Below, in pieces: positions 45,395 to 52,688 of a stretch of 64,000 bases of DNA. The notes beneath the pieces are model-generated. The model was not told the origin of the DNA and did not search any database. It was given only the letters and a program-made list of their open reading frames with translations. This stretch comes from an uncultured bacterium (GTDB taxonomy: Bacteria > Bacillota > Clostridia > Christensenellales > HGM11417): NCBI GenBank assembly GCA_905215695.1, contig CAJMQN010000002.1, forward strand, positions 262,610 through 326,609, read 5' to 3'. A program made the position numbers and the translations under genes. Every line of letters begins with the position of its first letter. Position 1 is the stretch's first letter.

Positions 45395-45823
45395 TTATAC
45401 AATGGTATTGAGTATTCTGTCGCATGCCGCGCGGAGCGCGTCCCGCGTCTTCATGTATTCCTCGAGCGAACCGCCGTAGGGGTCGGGAATATCTCCGCCT
45501 CCCGCAAACTCGCCGACCGTAAAGACGTTTTTCGCCGGAGGGAGCGCGCGCTTGTGCGATTCGGTCATGACCAAAATCAAATTGCTCTCTTCGAGCATCT
45601 CCCGCGTGAGCAGGCGGGAACGGAATTTTCCGCCCCGGATTCCCGCGAGCGCGAGCGCCTTTTTCGCGTGTACGCTCATGGGTTGCCCCGGCTCTGCGCA
45701 GAGTCCCGCGCTCGAGACCCGAATATTCCGGATTCCCCGCTCTTTGAGCGCGGCGCGAAGGAGATATTCCGCCATGGGCGAACGGCAGGTGTTTCCCGTG
45801 CAGACAAAGAGAATGCGTTTCAT
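45395..45823 (-). CDS. Low-molecular-weight protein phosphatase (YwlE-like)
   Basis: 142 aa. The CX5R(S/T) motif is VCTGNTCRSPMAE. The tsaC-phosphatase-rpiB order matches ywlC-ywlE-ywlF synteny. Confidence 0.85.
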   Translation of the reverse strand: MKRILFVCTGNTCRSPMAEYLLRAALKERGIRNIRVSSAGLCAEPGQPMSVHAKKALALAGIRGGKFRSRLLTREMLEESNLILVMTESHKRALPPAKNVFTVGEFAGGGDIPDPYGGSLEEYMKTRDALRAACDRILNTIV

Positions 45824-46809
45824 ACGTCCTCCTCATAGCGGCTTCCGCCCGTCTTGAACATGCGGTTGTTGACGCTCCTGCCGAGTTCGGTATCCGGACA
45901 CGCCTCGAGCAGAATCAGTCCGAATTTCCGCTCCGCGTCGAGCAGAGCGGCGTACAGCGCATGCGCGATTTCCCGCTCGTTGCGACCGAGTACGATTCTG
46001 TCCCCCCGCAACCTTTCGGAGCTCTCCGCCGAGCACAGAAAGACCGGACGCGCGGCGACGCGGGCGTCATACATGTTTTGCATGCGCGCAAGGTCGCCGT
46101 GCCGGAAGAGTTTGACTTCGCAGGCGGGCGCATAGTGCTTGTACTTCATGCCCGGCGAGCGGGGCGCGGTTTCAGAGACCCCGCCCTCCCGTACGGGCGC
46201 GATTTTGGAAATCATCTCCCGCGTGACGATTCCCGGGCGCAGAATGCGCGGATATTCCCCCGTCGCATCGACAACCGTGCTCTCGATTCCGACCTCGCAC
46301 AAACCGCCGTCCACAATGAGAAAAATCTTTTCCCCGAGGTCGTGCAAGACATGGGCGGCAGAGGTGGGACTCGGGCGAGTGGAAGAATTCGCGCTCGGCG
46401 CGGCAATCGGGACTTCCACCGCGCGCAGAAAGCTCTGCGCGACAGGGTGCCCCGGCACCCGTACCGCTACCGTGCCGAGTCCCGCGGAGACGCGGGCGCA
46501 GATTGCGGGACGGCGTTCGAGCACGAGCGTGATCGGACCGGGCATGAACGCTTCCGCAAGTTTCTCCGCAAGCGGAGTTACAACGCCGATTTCCGAAATT
46601 TTTTCGGGAGTCCAAGTGTGCACGATAAGCGGGTTGTCCTGCGGTCGCCCTTTGACCTCGTATATTTTTTCGATAGCGCGCTCCGAGAACGCGCTCGCGC
46701 CGAGACCATAGACCGTCTCGGTCGGAAAGGCGACGAGTTCTCCCGCCGCTATCAGTTGTTTCGCCCGCGCCAGAGTCTTCGGCTCGGGTTTTTCCACAAC
46801 GCACTTCAT
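45820..46809 (-). CDS. tsaC: L-threonylcarbamoyladenylate synthase (Sua5/YwlC type)
   Basis: FPTETVYGLGA motif plus a Sua5 C-terminal domain. The start is either 46827 or 46809; I prefer 46809, see the finding at 46809-46845. Confidence 0.85.
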   Translation of the reverse strand: MKCVVEKPEPKTLARAKQLIAAGELVAFPTETVYGLGASAFSERAIEKIYEVKGRPQDNPLIVHTWTPEKISEIGVVTPLAEKLAEAFMPGPITLVLERRPAICARVSAGLGTVAVRVPGHPVAQSFLRAVEVPIAAPSANSSTRPSPTSAAHVLHDLGEKIFLIVDGGLCEVGIESTVVDATGEYPRILRPGIVTREMISKIAPVREGGVSETAPRSPGMKYKHYAPACEVKLFRHGDLARMQNMYDARVAARPVFLCSAESSERLRGDRIVLGRNEREIAHALYAALLDAERKFGLILLEACPDTELGRSVNNRMFKTGGSRYEEDV

Positions 46810-46903
46810 AGGGATATTGTACCACATTCTCCGAGATTTGAAAAGGATTTTACAAAAGAGAAAGAGGTTTCAGAATCAACGCGAGAGGACGAAGCCGACC
46901 GAA

Positions 46904-47641
46904 TCAGAGCGCGAGCGTCATCATCGCAACGCCCGCAAGGATTCCCACCACCGCAAATACGGAGGGCGCGTTGCCGCGGTAGAGCTTATTGGATTCCACT
47001 ATCATCTCCGAAAAACTCACAAAGAGCATGGCGCCGCCCGCAACCGCGAGACAGGTCGCGATAAGATAGGGAGAACTCAAACCGATGAGATAACCCACCA
47101 TAGCCCCCGCCGCCGTCGGGAGTCCAGACAACATGGTCAGACCGATAATTTTAACATTTTTTACCCCGGACATCTTGAGCGGAAGTCCGATGGCGATGCC
47201 TTCGGGGATATTGTGCAGGCTCAGTAAAAGCGCCATGGAAAGCCCTTTCTCGATGACCTCCCCCGAACCGATGGCGAGACCCTCCGGAAAGTTGTGGAGG
47301 GCAATCGCCGCGAACATCGTCATGCCCGCGCGGAAGAGTCTGCGCTCTCCCCCCGCGCGCTGTTCTCCCTTGAATTTGATGGTATCGATCATATCGTTTA
47401 AAAGGAGTACTGTCATCGCACCGAAGAGCACGGAAACTGCCACGAGAGGCAGGCTCGAGAGCCCCATTGCCTCGGGTATCAGGTCAAAACACACAATGGA
47501 GACCATGATTCCGCCCGCAAGGCTCATCGCAAGACTCATAAACCGATTGGAACGCTTGCCGAGGACTGCGCAGAATACGCCGCCGAGTCCCGTCCCGATT
47601 ACGCCCGCTACAATGCCGTATAAGAAAACCCGTAACATCAT
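46904..47641 (-). CDS. ZIP-family divalent metal transporter (ZupT-like)
   Basis: 245 aa. Repeated HNFPEGLAIG / HNIPEGIAIG motifs. Confidence 0.85.
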   Translation of the reverse strand: MMLRVFLYGIVAGVIGTGLGGVFCAVLGKRSNRFMSLAMSLAGGIMVSIVCFDLIPEAMGLSSLPLVAVSVLFGAMTVLLLNDMIDTIKFKGEQRAGGERRLFRAGMTMFAAIALHNFPEGLAIGSGEVIEKGLSMALLLSLHNIPEGIAIGLPLKMSGVKNVKIIGLTMLSGLPTAAGAMVGYLIGLSSPYLIATCLAVAGGAMLFVSFSEMIVESNKLYRGNAPSVFAVVGILAGVAMMTLAL

Positions 47642-47644
47642 TTC

Positions 47645-47678
47645 ACCTCGGAATATCTTATGACGGTTTGTCCGAGGT
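47645..47678 (-). promoter_or_regulatory. Hairpin that includes the ZIP transporter Shine-Dalgarno
   Basis: acctcgga (47645-47652) pairs with tccgaggt (47671-47678): 8 bp with an 18-nt loop. The minus-strand SD GAGGTG lies in the 3-prime arm. Confidence 0.35.
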
Positions 47679-47754
47679 CATGCGCGGGGAAAAGAAAAAT
47701 TTACGCAGCAGTGGTGTTACAGACTCTTTCGTTTCGTATTTTTTCAAAAGCGTT

Positions 47755-47997
47755 TCATTGTATCCTGTCCCGAATCAATTTTTCGATTTGCCCGACGGAA
47801 AGCATACGTCCTGTTGCAACGACCTTGCCGTCGATAACCAATGCAGGCGTTGCCATGACGCCGTATTTCATCATTTCAGCGATATCTCCAATATTGACAA
47901 CAGGTTCGGTGACACCGCAGTTTTGTGCGGCAATCACGGCGTTTTCATGGTTCTTTTTCGATTTTTTACAACAGTTACCCAGGGTGATGATTTTCAT
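47755..47997 (-). CDS. Thioredoxin-fold redox-active disulfide protein 2 family
   Basis: Trimmed to MKIITLGNCCKKSKK (80 aa). The CC(x)K motif, size and pairing with a permease fit this family. Confidence 0.7.
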   Translation of the reverse strand: MKIITLGNCCKKSKKNHENAVIAAQNCGVTEPVVNIGDIAEMMKYGVMATPALVIDGKVVATGRMLSVGQIEKLIRDRIQ

Positions 47998-48007
47998 TTT
48001 TATCCTC

Positions 48008-49159
48008 CTATACAAATAAAAAATGGAAAGCATTAAAAAGATATCCGATTGCGATGATACCGACAACGACGATAAAGATAAACCAGAAAAGCAACTTTGG
48101 CTTGACAGCTTTTGCAAGCATGATCATAGACGGCAGCGACAAAGCGGTTACGCTCATCATAAAGGAAAGAATCGTTCCGACGCCCACGCCCTTGAAAAAT
48201 AACGCTTCGGCAACAGGTATCGTGCCAAAAATATCCGCGTACATCGGTACGCCCACGACGCTCGCAATCGGTACGCTGTACCATTTATCCTCTCCAAGCA
48301 CCATTTGTATCCATTCCGCAGGGATAAAGTTGTGAATCAGCGCCCCGATTCCCACACCAATCAAAATATAGATCCATACCTTTTTCAGCGTTGACAGCAT
48401 TTGGTCTTTTGCATAAATCAGCCGGTCTTTCCTTGTCAGTTCTACCCCTTCCACTTCAACGATATCGCCTTCTGAAATAAATTCGCGCACGTGTTTCCCG
48501 ACACCTGTTTTCTCAATGATTGTGCCGCCGACAATCGCAAGTACAAGACCTATGAGAACATATGAGACCGCAATCGGGAAGCCGAAAACACTTGCCAACA
48601 GGATAAATGCGCCCAAATCGACAAGCGGACTTGAAATAAGAAAACTGAACGTCACACCGCTCGATATGCCCGCTCTCGTAAAACCCATAAAAATAGGAAT
48701 GGACGAACAGGAACAGAACGGCGTAACGGTTCCAAGCAACGCGCCGACGGCGTTTGCTCCTATGCCGTGAAATTTTCCGAGTATCTTTTTCGTCCTTTCC
48801 GGCGGGAAATAGCTTTGTAGATAGGATATCAGGAATATGAGCAAACATAACAATACAATGATTTTTATTGTATCGTAAATGAAAAACTGTACCGCCCCGC
48901 CCCAGCGCGTCGCTGTAAATTCTGCGCCGAATATGGCGATAAGCGTCATACCAAGTAAATGATTCAGCCATTGCATTCCGAGTATCTGATCGGCAACAAA
49001 ACTGCCCAACGTCTCCACGCCTTTTGCGCCGTCAACGACGACGGCTATGCCTATCGCAACCCCGATACCGAAAAGAAACCCGAGAAAAATCAGTCGTTTT
49101 TTGCGCCACTTCGTCCACCGCTTTCCGCTTGGGTTTTCCGCTTTGCCGTTTCTTTCCAT
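48008..49159 (-). CDS. Permease (DUF318/ArsP-like) partnered with the thioredoxin-like protein
   Basis: 383 aa polytopic protein. Contains TPFCSCSSIP, characteristic of this permease family. Confidence 0.65.
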   Translation of the reverse strand: MERNGKAENPSGKRWTKWRKKRLIFLGFLFGIGVAIGIAVVVDGAKGVETLGSFVADQILGMQWLNHLLGMTLIAIFGAEFTATRWGGAVQFFIYDTIKIIVLLCLLIFLISYLQSYFPPERTKKILGKFHGIGANAVGALLGTVTPFCSCSSIPIFMGFTRAGISSGVTFSFLISSPLVDLGAFILLASVFGFPIAVSYVLIGLVLAIVGGTIIEKTGVGKHVREFISEGDIVEVEGVELTRKDRLIYAKDQMLSTLKKVWIYILIGVGIGALIHNFIPAEWIQMVLGEDKWYSVPIASVVGVPMYADIFGTIPVAEALFFKGVGVGTILSFMMSVTALSLPSMIMLAKAVKPKLLFWFIFIVVVGIIAIGYLFNAFHFLFV

Positions 49160-49205
49160 AAGCCCTCCTTAATATCGATATTTGTCTATATGATAGATAA
49201 AAAAA

Positions 49206-49502
49206 TTATTTGGCGCATATTTTCTTCTTGCGCATACATTTGGTATTTCCCAAAAAGTTAAGCAGGTCTTGTAAACGTTCGCAATCAATCGAATAATACA
49301 TCCATTTCCAATCTTTTTCCGCTTTAATAAGTCAGCAATCGCAGAGGACTTTCATATGGTGCGAAAGAGTAGGCTGCGTTATGTTGAGCTGTTCAAGGAT
49401 CTTACACCCACAGAGCGTGCCATTGCACAACATTTCAAAAATACGGAGCCGCGTATTTTCCCCCAACGCTTTGAGCATCTCACTATATTTCGTATATTCC
49501 AT
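49206..49502 (-). pseudogene. ArsR/SmtB-family regulator interrupted by an in-frame TGA
   Basis: Reads MEYTKYSEMLKALGENTRLRIFEMLCNGTLCGCKILEQLNITQPTLSHHMKVLCDC, then TGA (49332-49334), then LIKAEKDWKWMYYSIDCERLQDLLNFLGNTKCMRKKKICAK, then TAA (49206-49208). The two parts together give a full-length wHTH. Confidence 0.6.
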
Positions 49503-49533
49503 ACTGAACCTCACATTGATTGTTATCTATGTA

Positions 49534-49562
49534 ATTATACAAATTGGCGCTCGATTTGTCAA
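49534..49562 (-). promoter_or_regulatory. Consensus sigma70 promoter of the arsR-permease-thioredoxin-like operon
   Basis: Minus strand reads TTGACA (49562-49557), 17-nt spacer, TATAAT (49539-49534). Confidence 0.6.
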
Positions 49563-49595
49563 GCGAATTATCCAAATTTTATTTTCAAATCTTGT

Positions 49596-49623
49596 AAAAA
49601 AAGAACTTGCATTTGCAAGCTCC
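49596..49623 (-). terminator. Weak terminator after the pentapeptide-repeat gene
   Basis: Short cttgc/gcaag stem followed by a seven-T run on the minus strand. Confidence 0.4.
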
Positions 49624-49630
49624 TTTCCAC

Positions 49631-50233
49631 TCAGACTTTTACGATGACACCCAAGAGACCCGCGAGCAGGACCGCCTGCGCCGGACTCACTTCCGCGCCG
49701 CGGAGTTCGCTCCCCGATATGCGGATTCCTCCGATTTCGCTGTCCGAGAGATCCACCTTCGCGAGCGGGGTTCGGAAGAATTCACAGTGGGTCAGATTGC
49801 ACTTCGTTACCGTTAAGGACTTGACCTGATTGTCCGTAAAGCTCGCCCCGGCAAGGTCGCAGGAGAGAAATTTTACGTTTTTCAGCTTGCCCGCGCCAAA
49901 GGCGAGCATGCCCGCGTTGCACTCCGAAAACGCGCACTCGAGCGCCGAACACTCCGAGAGCGTTCCGCCGAGCAGTTTGCAGTCCCGAAACGTACAGCGG
50001 TAAAAACTGCACTCTGAAAATTCGGTATTGGAAAAGTCGCAACGGTCGAATACCGCGTTTGAAAAATACACCTTGCGGAAACGACAGCGGCGGAAACGGC
50101 AGGACGAAAATTGCGACTCCCCCACGCTCCGCAGTTCCAACGAGCGGTTCTCCCAATCCGTCCGCTCGAAATTTCCCGCAAAGTCCTCCTGCTCGCAGAG
50201 GAGATCAAAGTCGTCATTCCTTGATGAGCACAT
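49631..50233 (-). CDS. Pentapeptide-repeat protein
   Basis: 200 aa of A(D/N)LxX-type repeats (CDFSNTEFSECSFYRCTFRDCKLLGGTLSECSALECAFSEC...). Confidence 0.8.
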   Translation of the reverse strand: MCSSRNDDFDLLCEQEDFAGNFERTDWENRSLELRSVGESQFSSCRFRRCRFRKVYFSNAVFDRCDFSNTEFSECSFYRCTFRDCKLLGGTLSECSALECAFSECNAGMLAFGAGKLKNVKFLSCDLAGASFTDNQVKSLTVTKCNLTHCEFFRTPLAKVDLSDSEIGGIRISGSELRGAEVSPAQAVLLAGLLGVIVKV

Positions 50234-52490
50234 AACCTTTGGGCAGGCGAATCCGCATCTTGCCGTTCTTCGCCTTTATTTTCAGCTTGCCCTCGGGAAG
50301 ACGGAGCTCGAGTTTGGATTTTGCCTTGTAGGAGGGCTTGACGACGGTCACGGTTTTTGCGTTGCGGTCGAATGCCGCAAGACCCGTCGCCGCGCTCACG
50401 ACGAGAGTCAAAATATAGCTGGCGAATCCGTGGTTACAGCTCGCGTTCGGGGTGATATTTTCCCAAAGCGTGCCCGTGCGCTCCGCCATGTAGCCGTAAT
50501 AGTCCCGACACTCCTCCACCGCCTGCGCCGCGCGACCGACCCGCGCGAGATAGGAGAGACGCATGATATTGCCCATAAAGGCGTTTGAGGCAAAGACATT
50601 TTTGTACTGCTTTGACGCATTGCGTTTTGGTCCGAATTCGTCAAACATAATGTCGTAGAGTTTGGGGAAGGTTTCCCTTGACGCGATTCCGAGATAGAAG
50701 GCGTAATACTGACAGGTCTCCGTGGTGTTCGCGGTCCTGACCAATTCGCCGGATTCATTGTAGATGGCGTTGTCAACAAAGAATTCGCCGTTGTAGGACA
50801 GCTCGATGATATCTTTTTTGAGTTTCTCCGCGCGCACCGCGAGAGTTTCGTCCGCGTAGAGGTCGGCAACGCACTCGAGCATGGCGGCATAGAGCATATT
50901 GGTCGGAAAGTTGACGTCCTGCGTGAATTCGTTGGCGCGGCTCCATTCGATAAAGACCCAGCTTTCGAGTTTCTCCAAAAATCCGTATTTCCCCTCGAAA
51001 CGCCTGAAAAAATCCAAGAGTTCATATACCCGCGGACGGCAGGATTCCACGAACGCGCCGTCACCCGTGCGCCGCTTGTAGTCGCGGAGCTCGAGCACGA
51101 ACCACATCGCCCAATTCGGGATATAAGTGCGATCCAAAAAGTCCGAAGGGTAACACATCGGGAGCATTCCCCTCGCCTCGTCCGGAAGCGGACGGGAAAG
51201 GCGGTAATTGTTCAGAAAATTCTTCTCGACCTTGTTGAACCCGGTCACGAACTGCTCCGCCTGCGCCGTGAAGAAGGAATCGCACAGCCATCCCGCGCGC
51301 TCGCGCGAAGGGCAGTCGGTCAGCACATCCACCGCGTTCTGTCGGAAGGTGTTTTTTGCCGCATCGAAAATCTTTTGAAGTTTTTGGTCCTTGCAGATAA
51401 ATTTCAGATTGTCGTCCGGATTCTCAAAGAGCACCGCCCCGAAATTTTCGAGATACGCGCCCCCGGTCAAAACGACGATCTTCGCGTAGCGGAAGGTGTA
51501 GGGTTCAAAGGAGACAAGATGGTGCGCGCCCTCCTCGAGACTCCACTTGACGACGTTGGAACACTCCATGCGGTAGGGAACGATCGGGCGTTCGGAACCC
51601 GAAAAATCCTCCGGCACACGGGTGCGGTATTCCTCCGCCAAAATCTCGTCAAAGAGCACATATACTTCGGCGTGCCCGGGCACGGTCATATCCATTTCAA
51701 AAAATCCGCTCACAATCCGCCCGAAATCAAAGAGCTGATACCCCTTCTCGATGTAGCTCCCGGCGCGGTTGATCGTGTCCATACGGGAGGCGATCTGACA
51801 TGCCTCGGCAATCGTGTTCTCCTCAAGCTCGGATTCGGGAAAGCCCTTGTATGTCTCGGAAATATTGGCAATCGCGCGGTCCTTAAAGACCTTGCGGTTC
51901 TCGTCATGCTCGGCGCTCCCGTGCTCGATGAGAGCGGGCGCAACCGCGTCGTAACGGGGTTCGTCAAGGTCCGTCTCGAGAAGCTGATTTCCCTGCACCT
52001 CGGACATATCCAAAGCAGGATATTCATACACCCCCGCAAACAGCTTTTCCCGCCTGCCGTCCAAGCGATAGCTCTCCACAAAGGTGCGCTGGAAACTGTA
52101 ACGGTGCACCTTTTGCCTGCGGTCGTCGAGACGGTACATCGCAAAGTCGTAGGTGTCCGCGACGCGCTCCTCCCCCGTGCAGACTTCCGCCGCGAAGAAG
52201 GGTTCTTCGTCCACGGTGTAAAAGGAGTTGATCCGGTAAGCGGCAACGATGACAACGAGACGAATCTCGTCCACCTCTTCGTCCGCAGAAATCGGATATT
52301 CCCGAAGGTTGCTGTAGCCGTGCGCCGCGCGCAAGGGACCGTAAGCCAAAAACTCGCCGTTCGCGTACACTTGGTACACATTGGACGCGGCGAGTTTCAG
52401 GGTCAGTCCCGGGATATTTTTACATGTATAAACAAAAGCGGCGGAAACATTCTTCTCGTCGCCGATACTCTTCGACCAAACTTTTTTCAT
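50214..52490 (-). CDS. GH78-like alpha-L-rhamnosidase family protein
   Basis: 758 aa. TDCPSRERAGWLCD resembles the DCP-x-R-E-R-x-GW-x-GD motif of the six-hairpin rhamnosidase domain. Confidence 0.55.
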   Translation of the reverse strand: MKKVWSKSIGDEKNVSAAFVYTCKNIPGLTLKLAASNVYQVYANGEFLAYGPLRAAHGYSNLREYPISADEEVDEIRLVVIVAAYRINSFYTVDEEPFFAAEVCTGEERVADTYDFAMYRLDDRRQKVHRYSFQRTFVESYRLDGRREKLFAGVYEYPALDMSEVQGNQLLETDLDEPRYDAVAPALIEHGSAEHDENRKVFKDRAIANISETYKGFPESELEENTIAEACQIASRMDTINRAGSYIEKGYQLFDFGRIVSGFFEMDMTVPGHAEVYVLFDEILAEEYRTRVPEDFSGSERPIVPYRMECSNVVKWSLEEGAHHLVSFEPYTFRYAKIVVLTGGAYLENFGAVLFENPDDNLKFICKDQKLQKIFDAAKNTFRQNAVDVLTDCPSRERAGWLCDSFFTAQAEQFVTGFNKVEKNFLNNYRLSRPLPDEARGMLPMCYPSDFLDRTYIPNWAMWFVLELRDYKRRTGDGAFVESCRPRVYELLDFFRRFEGKYGFLEKLESWVFIEWSRANEFTQDVNFPTNMLYAAMLECVADLYADETLAVRAEKLKKDIIELSYNGEFFVDNAIYNESGELVRTANTTETCQYYAFYLGIASRETFPKLYDIMFDEFGPKRNASKQYKNVFASNAFMGNIMRLSYLARVGRAAQAVEECRDYYGYMAERTGTLWENITPNASCNHGFASYILTLVVSAATGLAAFDRNAKTVTVVKPSYKAKSKLELRLPEGKLKIKAKNGKMRIRLPKGYVLIKE

Positions 52491-52688
52491 CTATATAAAC
52501 TCCTGTCAGAGGAAATAAGAACTGATAACTTTGATATTATATCAGATATGATGTAATGCCCGTCGAAATGCTCTTGAGCCCTTCGGGTTAGCATTTCTCC
52601 GGCACATTATATCATATTTTCTGTCGCATTACAATAGCAATATATGAATTTTTATGCAAAATATACGAATTTTTTATCGGGACAAGCT

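Noticed and set aside
49290-49334. Selenocysteine decoding of the in-frame TGA in the ArsR gene
   Set aside because: No stable stem-loop with a SECIS-like apical loop is visible in the AU-rich sequence immediately 3-prime of the TGA. A Gly-codon point mutation explains it more simply. It is kept only as a low-probability alternative in the finding.
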